Shown here piece after piece: positions 14,596 to 26,492 of a stretch of 64,000 bases of DNA. The stretch covers positions 1,798,001 to 1,862,000 of the forward strand of contig OZ024755.1 of NCBI GenBank assembly GCA_964016885.1, read 5' to 3'. How positions within the stretch are numbered: the first letter of the stretch is position 1; each line of letters begins with the position of its first letter. The stretch is from Eledone cirrhosa. Lineage: Eukaryota. Both the position numbers and the translations under genes were made by a program. The notes below the pieces were generated by a model that ran no database searches, was not told where the DNA came from, and saw nothing but the letters and a program-made list of their open reading frames with translations.

Positions 14596-15669
14596 GTATA
14601 GAGACAGAGTTTGGTGTTTTAGTTGATGGAGTATAGAGACAGAGTTTGGTGTTTTAGTTGATGGAGTATAGAGACAGAGTTTGGTGTTTTAGTTGATGGA
14701 GTATAGAGACAGAGTTTGGTGTTTTAGTTGATGGAGTATAGAGACAGAGTTTGGTGTTTTAGTTGATGGAGTATAGAGACAGAGTTTGGTGTTTTAGTTG
14801 ATGGAGTATAGAGACAGAGTTTGGTGTTTTAGTTGATGGAGTATAGAGACAGAGTTTGGTGTTTTAGTTGATGGAGTATAGAGACAGAGTTTGGTGTTTT
14901 AGTTGATGGAGTATAGAGACAGAGTTTGGTGTTTTAGTTGATGGAGTATAGAGACAGAGTTTGGTGTTTTAGTTGATGGAGTATAGAGACAGAGTTTGGT
15001 GTTTTAGTTGATGGAGTATAGAGACAGAGTTTGGTGTTTTAGTTGATGGTGTATAGAGACAGAGTTTGGTGTTTTAGTTGATGGAGTATAGAGACAGAGT
15101 TTGGTGTTTTAGTTGATGGTGTATAGAGACAGAGTTTGGTGTTTTAGTTGATGGAGTATAGAGACAGAGTTTGGTGTTTTAGTTGATGGAGTATAGAGAC
15201 AGAGTTTGGTGTTTTAGTTGATGGAGTATAGAGACAGAGTTTGGTGTTTTAGTTGATGGAGTATAGAGACAGAGTTTGGTGTTTTAGTTGATGGAGTATA
15301 GAGACAGAGTTTGGTGTTTTAGTTGATGGAGTATAGAGACAGAGTTTGGTGTTTTAGTTGATGGAGTATAGAGACAGAGTTTGGTGTTTTAGTTGATGGA
15401 GTATAGAGACAGAGTTTGGTGTTTTAGTTGATGGAGTATAGAGACAGAGTTTGGTGTTTTAGTTGATGGAGTATAGAGACAGAGTTTGGTGTTTTAGTTG
15501 ATGGAGTATAGAGACAGAGTTTGGTGTTTTAGTTGATGGAGTATAGAGACAGAGTTTGGTGTTTTAGTTGATGGAGTATAGAGACAGAGTTTGGTGTTTT
15601 AGTTGATGGAGTATAGAGACAGAGTTTGGTGTTTTAGTTGATGGAGTATAAAGACAGAGTTTGGTGTTT
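14596..15669. repeat. 35-bp minisatellite, about 30 near-identical copies
   Basis: Unit gtatagagacagagtttggtgttttagttgatgga, with no spacers. Confidence 0.97.
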
Positions 15670-16098
15670 TTGTTGGAGGAGGTATTGGATCATCCAGGCT
15701 TCAGTTACTGAGCAGTAAGTGAGTTACAGTTTTGCTGAGCCTCTCTACATTAGTTTCTCAATTGCCATCGTTGGTGAAGTTACTGCCCAGATTAATTAAC
15801 TCCTAAAATGTTTATATGTCATTAAGTTTAACTCACTTCAAAGATTAGGCTAACTTCATGTTGATTAGTTAATCCTTTGATTAAATAATCAACAGGAATG
15901 TTTTACTTCAGGAATGCTAGACAATACATACATGTATACACACAGACATATATATATATGCATACATACACACATATACATACATATACACATACATACA
16001 CACATGCATACATACATAGACACACATAGGTGTGTATATATTCATATATATAGTTATATTAGCTCGCCTACAACCCCACTACACCTCATGTGCACCCT

Positions 16099-16188
16099 TC
16101 GTGGACCTAGAGAAGGATTTGATAGAATACCACAATCTGTCATCTGGTGGTCTCTAAGGAAACTAGGTGTAGAAGAATGGTTTGTGAG
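16099..16188 (+). mobile_element. RTE RT fragment, paralogous to 14436-14525
   Basis: FDRIPQSVIWWSLRKLGVEEWFV. Confidence 0.75.
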
Positions 16189-16493
16189 CAGGGCCAGATT
16201 TAATGGGGGGGGGGACGTCAAAGGGGTCAATTGCCCAGGGCCCCCACCAGTGATGGCCATAGCAATTTATTTGTACCTTCAGCTGGGCCTTTTCATTTTA
16301 GGATGGTTAGAATTTTTTTATTTAAACCTGTATGTACAACTTTTCTCAGCACATGACCCAACCATCTCATTCCATTTCTCATCACATTCACCACAGGCTC
16401 CCCTCCTCCCTCCCAGTCACTTTCATCATTCCTCCACACATGACCCAAGCATCCTACTTAATTTCTCTCCACAACATTCATCATAATTTTATA

Positions 16494-16790
16494 TCATCAT
16501 CATCATTTAATGTTTATCTTCCATGCTAGCATGGGTTAGATGGGAGTTGTCGCACTTGAAGCAAGATTGGTCAGGTGACCGTGTCTCGCTTGTATAGGAC
16601 TATCTGGCAGGTTTTCTATGGTTGGATGCCCTTCCTAACACCAACCACATTTACAGTGTGGACTGGGAACTTTTTACCGTGTTACCTACACGGCCACATT
16701 ACAGCGTGGACTGTGTGTTTTTTTGTCGTAACACCTACACGACCTCATTAGTTTGGACTGGATGTTGTGGTACCAACATAACTTTACAGA
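16494..16790 (-). mobile_element. SINE family A copy
   Basis: catcatcatttaatgtttatcttccatgctagcatgggttagatgg...ggatgcccttcctaacaccaaccac. Confidence 0.75.
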
Positions 16791-17559
16791 GAAAGGGGTG
16801 GTGTTGGTGGGAATGGGGGGATGGAGTGGGGGTAGTGGGTTGCGGTGGATGATGGTGGAAATATTAATAGGAATGTCTCACTGATAATAACCTTCGTTTA
16901 CAACACAATACAAAAAAATGGTCCTAGGAATAGACTTTGCCTGTTTCAACTGTTAAACTAGTAGCTGTCTTTTGAACTAATGGTTTTCATTCTGTTGAGA
17001 AATGTATTTTCCCCTTAAATCTTTAACATTAATTAAATTATTGAATTTAATCAATGTTATTCTTGTCATTGGGCTAATAGTATAAAATAATTTAACCACA
17101 GAAACTCAAATAAATAAATGTCTAATATATGATGCATAAATATCTACTAATTAATCTGATCACTGTATGAAAATTTAACAAGTTATATCTCCACTGAGTT
17201 CTTGTTTGTATCTGATACAAATAGCTATTTGCTATAGTTCTCATCATGGCGATATTTGCCTTCTAATGAACAACCAATGTGCTGTGAAACATTTAAGGAC
17301 AATCTCAATAATTTTCTGTATATAAAGAGATTAATAAGTATCTAGGCTGTGAAAATATTGCAGCTATTTCAGCAACCAGGATAGGAGCAACGGTTGCATT
17401 CCAGTGTCGTTATATATCATCAGTTTGAGCTCAATCATAGAAAATCCTACGCACCACCTCCCACTTCTAAATGAGATACGAATCAAGAAAAACACAATAT
17501 CTTAGTTTAATATATCAGAAAATATATTAAAACTGAAACTAGATTTCCTAAAAAAATTA

Positions 17560-17910
17560 CACCCCGCCCCATTTTACCCTTTCTTTCTCGTTGTTATGTG
17601 TAAATACCTGAAAATTATTAATTATATGAAATATAGTGTAGTGAATTAAAAAAACGATTGCGAGTTAGTCTAAGGAGTGATTCTATTTCCTGAACAACAA
17701 ATATACAATAAACCTCACCCACATCTGTCACGGTTATACCAACAAACTTTGTAAGTACTTTCATTATATTTTTCTAACCTTTTATATGGATTTTTCCCTC
17801 GTGATAAAATTAGAACGATTTAACTGATAAAAGGCCATTTGTACATTTTCACACAGTTCAATAAATCAGAATAAAGACATAAGCATAAATTTGACGTTCA
17901 CATTCTTGAA
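17560..17910 (+). promoter_or_regulatory. Candidate promoter and non-coding 5' exons of the 21795-23704 gene
   Basis: GC box ccccgcccc near 17562; consensus donors GTAAGT at 17751 and 17911; acceptor ttttcacacag ending near 17856. A further candidate exon lies at 19512-19599 (tag...|gtaagt). Linkage to the gene is inferred. Confidence 0.4.
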
Positions 17911-18025
17911 GTAAGTGTAAACTTTTCCACACTTCTTATATCTCATTTCTCTCATTTTAATTATCATTATGGCGATTAATTTGTTTTGCAAGGTTTTTGA
18001 TATGAAATGGTGTGTTGAAACAAAT

Positions 18026-18219
18026 ATTGTTATATTTGGGGGGGAGTCATATTGTTATAATATTGCCAGAATCAATGATAAACATTGATTGCCAGCTAAA
18101 TTAACTATAGGGATATAAAATATACAGAAGCGAAAACCAACCCAAACCAAACAGTGTGTGTGTTTTATTATTAATTCTGGCAATATTATAACAATATGAC
18201 CTTCCCCAAATATAACAAT
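18026..18219. repeat. Inverted repeat with about 56-bp arms (18026-18082 / 18164-18219)
   Basis: attgttatatttgggg..gtcatattgttataatattgccagaat.aat.ataaa and its reverse complement, about 80 bp apart. Confidence 0.85.
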
Positions 18220-18221
18220 TA

Positions 18222-18288
18222 TTATAATAATAATAATAATAATGAAATTATTGTGTACAGTGCTCAGGTGCACTATAACTCATCAATA
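18222..18288 (-). mobile_element. CR1-type 3' tail fragment
   Basis: Reverse complement matches the tail at 10256-10310. Confidence 0.7.
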
Positions 18289-18856
18289 TATATTTGGGGG
18301 CTGCTTTCGTGTTTCTGTAACTATACCCTAAAAGATATATTACCAATGTGTCACCTTTCATATGACGGGTAATTTGGGGGAGTATACTTTTGTCATTGTG
18401 GGTTAACATTAGGTAAATAAAAAAAATTTAATTAATTTTCTTTTAAGTTTCACGGTGCTATTGCAAGTGTCTTTGGCATATCTTTACAACTACATCTGCC
18501 TCGTATTTTTAAAGTAAAATTTATTTCTCCTATGGTTTCTGGAATGTATTAAACAAATATTGTATTCAAAACCAGCGAAATTGTTGTTTTTTATAGTTCA
18601 ATTTGGTGGAGAGAGTTTGGAAGCGATATTACACCGTCTCACTTTGGAGGTTAAATTTGTTTTTCCTATTGTTTTTAATGTTTTTTTAACGAAACTGTCC
18701 CCTCACCCAGTTAACTAAAAAACGAATATTTTCAGTACATCTGCTACGTACAGAGTCTACCTTTTCTGTAAGCCTGCCTACAACCTCACTACCATTATAC
18801 TGTATATATCGTTTCGAGTTCCTACAAACTCCTTTTCTACATATCGAGGACACTAA

Positions 18857-19180
18857 ATAGACAGACAATATATGGGTAGATATATAGATAGATAGACAAA
18901 TATATGGGTAGATAGATAGACAAATATATGGGTAGTTAGATAGACAGACAAATGTATGGGTAGATATATAGATAGATAGACAAATATATGGGTAGATAGA
19001 TAGACAAATAGACAAATATATGGGTAGTTAGATAGATAGACAGACAAATGTATGGGTAGTTAGATAGATAGACAGACAAATATATGGGTAGATAGATAGA
19101 TAGACAAATAGATGAGTTCTTAGATAGACATGCTGACAAACACATGGATAGTTAGACAGATAGATAGGTAGTTAGATATA
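18857..19180. repeat. GATA/GACA-rich minisatellite
   Basis: (gata)n-gacaaatatatgggta units. Confidence 0.85.
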
Positions 19181-19379
19181 TTTCTTTATTTGCCATAAGG
19201 GCGCACAAGAAAAGGGGTCAAAACAAAGACACATGCCAGGGATTTTACATAGTCGTGTAAAAATATTGAAACAAATTATAGCAATCGAAATCCCCAATAG
19301 GGGGGATGCGCCATAAATCGGTTGTTTAATACCCCGTCGATAGAACAACCCTCAACCAGGAGATAGTCAAGTGTGTGTA

Positions 19380-19438
<59 letters not shown>

Positions 19439-20408
19439 TTTGGAGTGTTAAAGATTATGACATAAAAACAAAGCAATTATAGTTTTACTTTTACAAGCCA
19501 TATTTTCGTAGAGAAAGTTTTCACAGATTGAAACTAAAACGAATGGGGATCCACATAAAAATTAATAATATATTTAGTGAACACTTCAATTGATTCCAAG
19601 TAAGTAAATAAGACCATTGAAACTCAGATTATTAAGCTTTGTGGAAAGAAGCTGATGTAAAGTTTTGATACTGAATTCATTTCCGTAAAAACAAATTTCA
19701 ACCAACTTCGGTACAAGAGATACATTTAGTATCTCGACAATGCTGGGTTATCTTGGGTTATTTTATTTTAAAATAAATCAAATATTCTGCTGTATATTTA
19801 TTTACCACTTGAAGTCATTTTTGATAACCAAACCAGCACAGAAATGTCAAGTTTATATTTGAAAAATAATTTTTACACGAAATCTATTTGTTTATATATG
19901 ATAAATGCAAACAAGAATATTTATATAAATACCTTCGTTATTGATTCTTTCCCCCTTTTTTTTTTTTAAATTTAATTAATAAATAATTCTCATATGTTCC
20001 TAGCCATCTTATTTTATGAACACAGTTCTTTGTCTCAGAGTCCGAAAATTACGAATCGAAGGTTTATGAAATTCGAAAAATGTATCACGTGACTAATGCG
20101 GTTAGTTACGAAACAAGAAATGGTTCAATTTCGTTTTACAGAAGTATAATGTGAAGCTCAGCGTGAGGGTGCTTGGCTATTCCAGCGTTTCAGACTCGCT
20201 TTCACCCGACCTTACTGAAGTATTATGTGATGCTCCATGTGACAGTGCTTGGCTATTCCTATGCCTTAGCCTCGCTATCATCTGGTCTTATAGAAGTATT
20301 AGATAATACCTGGCAGTTGCTTAACTATTCCAACACCTTAGCCTTGTTAACTGCCTATCTTACTGAGGATCTTGGCTACTCCATGTAATGTGTATGGAAG
20401 ATGACAGC

Positions 20409-20633
20409 TCATCATCATCATCATCATCGTTTTACGTCCGTTCTTCCATGGTTAGCATGGGTTAGACGGGTTGTCCTGTTGTGGACAGTGTCCGGTCGGC
20501 TGACCTTGTCTTGCTCATACGAGAACTGATTCTGGCTTGATTTCTACAGCTGGATGCCCTTCCTAACACCAACCTCATTTACAGTGAGTGCTGGGTGCTT
20601 TTTTGCCGTGGCGCCTACACATCCACTTTACAG
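20409..20633 (-). mobile_element. SINE family A copy (young subfamily)
   Basis: Closely matches 50843-50935 and the reverse complement of 52445-52630. Confidence 0.8.
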
Positions 20634-21442
20634 TGGGAGGGGGTGGGGGCATATTGTCTATAGGCTTCAGCTTTGGCTTGTACCCATGGGAAGCCAGGTC
20701 TTTTGTATTACTGCTGTATAAAGAAATGCAGGGAAATCTGTGGCTGGGACCTGTAGAAGAGGCAGACCCTGGGTGATTTGGAGTGGGATGGAAAAGACTG
20801 ACCTTAAGAAACTAAAGGACTGAAAATATAGTGACATACTATACTGGAGAAGATGCACAAAATGTGACCCCTGACCTATCCTCATCCCCCTCCCCCTTCA
20901 CTATTCTCACCATCACTTCACCCCCTTTAAAATTCATAGTAGCTACTCTCCATCATCTTTCTCCCCCACCACTATCACCCCTTAGTAGCTACTCCCCTCC
21001 CCTCCCCCACCACCACTATCACCCCTTACTAGCTACTCTCCATCACCCCTTCACTATTCTAACAATCATTACCCCCCCCCCCCATCTTGATTTTCTTTCC
21101 TCAAATTTCTTATAAATGTAAATTTTTAACAAAATTTTGTATGATGAAATAAAACAAATAATATTTTTTCCCAGCAATTCCAGTTGTTGAAAGAACTGAC
21201 GTTACGTATCAAAATAAAACCTATGGCATTATATCCTGGATGATATTTCTCATTAACAATATGAAACTGGAAGAGATAATAACAAATTTCCCAGTTTATA
21301 TTTAGAGTGGTATATTGCAGGTGTAGGTCTGAGTCACAGGGACGGTGCTGCAGAAATGTTTTCTATCTCCATGGTTTATATACCAAACTTAGACTATTTT
21401 CCATAGTAAAAAAACATTGATGTATATGTTTGTGTGTGTGTG

Positions 21443-21491
<49 letters not shown>

Positions 21492-21794
21492 GTGAAAGAG
21501 TGAAGAATAACATGGCATGGTTGGCTGTACAAAAAGGGTTTTATTTACAGTATTAATTGTTTCATTGATCAGGTGAGTCTAAAGGCCTCTAATCACTCGA
21601 AATTGCATCACTCGACCTTAAATACAGTGTGTGTCTCTGATCAAATCATCGGAATACTCTGGTGAGTAATGGTCTAACCAGAGTTCTCGAAATTTGGGGT
21701 AGTAGAGTGGGGTGGGTAATTCGAAAAATTTGGAGTCCTGAATTTTTCATATATACTGTGTTTTATGATTTATTCTCTTCATTTTAGTATCACA

Positions 21795-21938
21795 ATGGCC
21801 TATAAGGACGCTCTAGAAGATTCTTTGATTCAAGGAACTAGTGTCACCTACCAGTCATATATTGCTCTTTTAGATGAAATGACAAATCTGAAGAAAATTG
21901 TAGATTCCTGTAAGAATTTCACAGATAAACCTGTTCAG
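21795..21938 (+). CDS. Coiled-coil/CCHC zinc-finger protein (NEMO/optineurin/ABIN-like), coding exon 1
   Basis: Acceptor ttcattttag at 21787; ATG at 21795; MAYKDALEDSLIQGTSVTYQSYIALLDEMTNLKKIVDSCKNFTDKPVQ; donor cag|GTAGGC; phase 0. Confidence 0.8.
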
Positions 21939-22000
21939 GTAGGCAAAGCTTTTTACATTTCTCTTTTTTTACATCTCTCTTTATGTATCTATATTATTAT

Positions 22001-22250
22001 CATCAACATTTAATGTCCATTTCCCATGCTAGCATGGGTTAGACAAGCTGTCCTGTTGTGAGACAAGCCTGATCGGAGGACCATTTTTTGCTCACAGAAA
22101 ACTGATTTTGGCTTGGTTTCTACTGCTGGATGCCCTTCCTAATGCCAACCACATTTATAGTGTGTTTTGGGTGCTTTTTGTCATGATATTTACATGACCA
22201 CTATACTACAGTGTGGGTTGGGCACTTTTTATCGTGACTCTTACATGACC
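22001..22250 (-). mobile_element. SINE family A copy in intron 1
   Basis: catcaacatttaatgtccatttcccatgctagcatgggttagac...ggatgcccttcctaatgccaaccac. Confidence 0.8.
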
Positions 22251-22295
22251 ACATTAATATTTTAATTAATAATTTTTTAAATCAATTATTTTCAG

Positions 22296-22421
22296 TTTGA
22301 TGCCAGTGTACAGACCATAACAGGATTACAGGGTGTAGAATGTGAAGAAATACTAAATAGTTTGGCCTCTGCCTATGATGCGAAACAAGCAGAATGTGAG
22401 AAAATGTGTAAAAAATTCAAG
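22296..22421 (+). CDS. Same gene, coding exon 2
   Basis: tattttcag|FDASVQTITGLQGVECEEILNSLASAYDAKQAECEKMCKKFK|GTAAAT; 126 nt, phase 0-0. Confidence 0.85.
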
Positions 22422-22727
22422 GTAAATTCACTTCTTATTTATCTTCCCAGAATTATCTAAAGTCATAGTCTTACTCTCGTAGTAGATGTAGCATTACCTA
22501 AAGTCATAGTCATACTCTAAAAGTAGATGTAGCATGGCTAAATGGTTAAGGTTTGCTTCACAGACATGAGATTCTGTGTTCAACTTTATCCTTCTGCCGC
22601 TAACAAAATATAGTACCAGTCACACACTGGGATTGATTTAATCGACCACTTCACTAATTGTTTTCCTTTATGTAAAACCTTAATAAATATTAATAAATAT
22701 TATTGTTTATTTATTTATTTTTCCTAG

Positions 22728-22784
22728 GCACAAGAAATTAAATTGAAAGATTCTGAAGCAATAATCAAAGAACTCTATGAGAAG
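22728..22784 (+). CDS. Same gene, coding exon 3
   Basis: tttttcctag|AQEIKLKDSEAIIKELYEK|GTAAAT; 57 nt, phase 0-0. Confidence 0.85.
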
Positions 22785-23009
22785 GTAAATATATTGTTTG
22801 AAGACCCCCACCCCATTCTCTTCTCAAAAAGGATATATTATTTTAAGTCTTGAAGCAATTTTGTGCCATGTGCCAGTGTGTGTGTGTATGTATGTCTCTA
22901 TGTACCTCTGTATATGTGTGTTTCCATGTGTCTGTGTGTGTGTGTTTCATAAATTCTGTGTTTGTTATAATTTTCATCAGGGTTTGTATGTGGCCATTGT
23001 AATGGGGTT

Positions 23010-23218
23010 GTGTAGGTGACATATCAAAAAGCACCCAGCTCACACTGTAAATGTGGTTGGTGTTAGGAAGGGCATCTAGCTGCAGAAACCAAGCCAAAAC
23101 CCGTTCTGTATGAGCAAGTCATGGTCATTGAACCTGTCTTGTCTCACAACAAGGCAACTCATCTAACCCACGCTAGCGTGGCAAATGGACGTTAAACGGT
23201 GATGATGATGATAATGAT
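23010..23218 (+). mobile_element. SINE family A copy in intron 3
   Basis: aaaaagcacccag...gtggttggtgttaggaagggcatc...aaatggacgttaaacggtgatgatgat. Confidence 0.8.
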
Positions 23219-23314
23219 GTGTTATAATTTCAGTAGCTATTATGTTTTAACTTTCACATTAAGTTTTCTACAATTTTTATTCCCTTTCTTTCTGCCATCC
23301 TTCCCATCATGCAG

Positions 23315-23398
23315 CTTGATAAAGTGATGCAAGACTTGAAATCTGAGAAGGAAGAATGTAATCGTTTAAGACGGTTAAACAGAGCAACTGGAATCTCT
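23315..23398 (+). CDS. Same gene, coding exon 4 (degenerate UBAN-like segment)
   Basis: Long pyrimidine tract, then gcag|LDKVMQDLKSEKEECNRLRRLNRATGIS|GTAAGT; 84 nt, phase 0-0. Confidence 0.85.
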
Positions 23399-23494
23399 GT
23401 AAGTTAACAATATTGTTTTATTTTATTTGTTTGTTTGTTCTTCCTCTTCTTGGACTCTAATGCCTTCTTACTTAGATTCTTTTTCCATTTACAG

Positions 23495-23704
23495 AGCACC
23501 AATATGGCGCCCTTGACCAGTACCAGATGTTCCAGTGTTTCCCAAAGCATTTTCAAGCCCCATTATCAACCTCCTCTCGCTGAAGTTGATGGTGTAGTGG
23601 GTAATTCTGTGATAAACAGCATGAGGTGTGCATTTTGTAAGGAAACTTTCAACAGTGAGGCAGAGTTGATGGAACACTGGAAGACATGTTCTAAGTGTGT
23701 GTAA
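23495..23704 (+). CDS. Same gene, terminal coding exon with C-x2-C-x12-H-x3-C zinc finger
   Basis: ttccatttacag|STNMAPL...MRCAFCKETFNSEAELMEHWKTCSKCV*; TAA at 23702-23704. Confidence 0.85.
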   Translation, partial: STNMAPLTSTRCSSVSQSIFKPHYQPPLAEVDGVVGNSVINSMRCAFCKETFNSEAELMEHWKTCSKCV

Positions 23705-24093
23705 GATTGTGTGTATATGTGTGTGGGAAGTAGTTTGTAAGAGTGTGTGTGAGTGAAGTCAACTAATGCATATGTTTGCAAGTGTATACATGTCTGTGTG
23801 TGTTAGTGTTCGTGTGTAGGGAGCAGTGTGTTGTATATTTGTGTGTGTGTAGGGAGCAGTATGTTATGTCTCTATTGTAGCATTTAATAATATATTAAAA
23901 CCTCATCCCATGGACTGATTGCTCTACACATTGCATACCTTTTACCAAACCATTACGAGACTATATATATATAATCTTGTATATATTTAGTCCACCGATC
24001 CAGACGTATATTATTATTGTCTGGGATCCAGAAACCTTTGGTAATGGAGTAATTATATTTTGTGTTGTTCACTTTCTAATATATTTATATATA

Positions 24094-24125
24094 AATAAAA
24101 CATGTCATATTTGGTGGTTGTTTTT
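24094..24125 (+). terminator. Candidate polyadenylation signal
   Basis: AATAAA at 24094-24099 followed by GT/T-rich ttggtggttgttttt, about 390 nt after the stop codon. Confidence 0.5.
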
Positions 24126-24973
24126 AATTAAATTATAGAATTTTGCTGGGTCAACTACTCAGGTGTTGAATAACCCCCCCCCACACACACACTTATTAAT
24201 TTAACTCCTTCACTTATTAAATGTTACTAATCTATCTCCTGTGAAATTTTATTGCAAGTGATTCATATTGATACAGCAGCTGGAGAATCTAATAATTATT
24301 TTATTTTACATTAAAAAAAAAACATTATATATGACAAAAAAAGAACATTACAAGAAATCCCATATTTACAAACGTACACTATACAATTACCCCCCCCCCC
24401 CCCATTACTTGGGACCCGAGAGTACATAACAAAACATATATTTGGCTGTAACTGTGAATTAGTTGTAATTCATGTAGGTTGTATTTTAAGGAATGTCTTT
24501 ATATTACTGGTGATTAGATGGAAGAAAAGAGTTAGTTGAGAAATGTTGGTGCATACTAACAATCAGGTTAGTATGGAGACTAACAGTAAATATTGGTGTG
24601 GGTGGAACCCAGAACTTAGCAGCAATGAATGTCACAAACTATTCTATCTGACGTTCTAACGGTTCTGCCAATTCGCTGTCTATATTTATATCATACAACC
24701 AGATATTACCCACAGAGGCAGATGTATACTCAGACCTGCCAACCTCTAAAAACCCAAATAGGGAGTACCATGATAAAAAGTGACCCAAAACGAGGAGAAA
24801 TGAGGCAAAATGGGGATATTTTACATAATGAAAGCTATGCCCATTTTTACAAGAGATGACATATCTCACCCACCCCAAAGTGGGTGGGAGATCTCCCTCT
24901 CAATCGGGGAGAGTTGACAGGTCTGTATACTTTAAAACAATTACTCGTCATATAATGTGCACCATCTTAGTTG

Positions 24974-25169
24974 TTAACCCTTTAGTGTTCAAACTGGCCA
25001 GAATTCTCTACCTCTTTCTGTTGAAACTGGTCGCTCAAACTGATGTTAAGGTATTGTTCTCAAAATAAATACTTTCAAAATCTCATAGATTCGATATTAT
25101 GTGAGGTAAAGCCTTTACCATGAAAATATAATAGTATATATAAAATAATGTGAATGCTTAAAGGGTTAA
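24974..25169 (+). mobile_element. piggyBac-like MITE, copy 2
   Basis: TTAA-ccctttag...aaaggg-TTAA with the shared interior. Confidence 0.8.
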
Positions 25170-26492
25170 ATGGTGAAACTTTCCAAGCTAAACTAACATC
25201 AATAACATTCATTTTTAAAGACAAAATATCTGACCTCCTACTTTTAATTACCCACATACCCACTTAGCCAGTGGTTCTCAAACTTTGGGCGACGAAAGAA
25301 CAAATTCTATTTCAAATTGTGTAAAATATAAACTGAAAGTTGTATGAAAGTTCACACACATATTTGACATCAAAGAAGAAATGAGGGTTTGATTTTCTCA
25401 ACATTGAAAACATTTTCAAAACACAAACACCAAGCGCACGTTTTTCATTGCTAAATGAGTACATATAATTTTATTCTATCTATATTTCTACTTCTACTTT
25501 GTCAAAATAACATGTATAAATACCTCTTAAATTTTCGAATTTGGGTAGAGAGAGTGCCAAAATATTTTCACCTTGTTCTTAAGAGCACTGTGAATAATAA
25601 TAATAATGTTTCTACTTTTGGCACAAGGCCAGCAATTATTCCAGTGCATTACTGGTACTTTATTTTATCGACCCTGTAAAGGGCCATAACTCTATGCTGC
25701 AAAGCATAGTATCTGACGCTCTACCGATACTGCCAAACCATCGTTTTTCACTATTCATCCAAGGAAGGTAATTACCAAGTTTCTCAAAATACAAGGGAGG
25801 CAACTAATGACATTATTGTTTTGCTTCACTTAGCTTTCAAAACTTTGTAGGTTCGAAGTAAGGAGTAAGTAAGTACCCGTGGCTTTCACAGGTTCTTCAA
25901 GACCGGAGAAATAGATATCATTGATATTCTGTTTAAACCGTTACATGTATGCTCCTGCTAGAAAGACCTCGACGGAGAGTGAGCTCCACAGACTTCTAGG
26001 TAAGGACGTGACTGGTTAATGTATGGTCCAACGGACTAAACGCAGTATGGAGTAGTAACAGCTGCTCGTGTATAAGTACTGCGGAATTGCACCCCGCCCT
26101 ATTTTCACTCGATATTATCAGTAACATTCAATATAATGAGCCTTTTTTTTTCTTTAATTCTTTCTTTATACTTATACATTATATAAGGTTAATGTCAGTA
26201 AACCCCACGTTCATGAAAACTTACAAAAATCGTTGTATGGCATTGTAGTGTAAATCACAGTTCCAGCGATGCCATGTTTGGCTGTTGTGCGCATGCTTAC
26301 ATGTCCGAGGAAAGAAGCTTGCACGCTGGTTAGAGAAAGCAGACGACCATGTCCGAATGTCAGGTAGTGTTTATTGTTGACCCAGCCTGTGTTGTGCTTA
26401 AACACTGTACCATATTCTTCAATGTGATAAACTTTAGATGGTTATCATCCTTCCAGTTATTCTATTGTATAGAAACTTTAAATAATTTAACC

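Noticed and set aside
14596-15669. CRISPR-like 35-bp repeats (also the 26-, 38-, 49-, 52- and 60-bp arrays)
   Set aside because: Head-to-tail units with no unique spacers, no cas genes, and a eukaryotic context.
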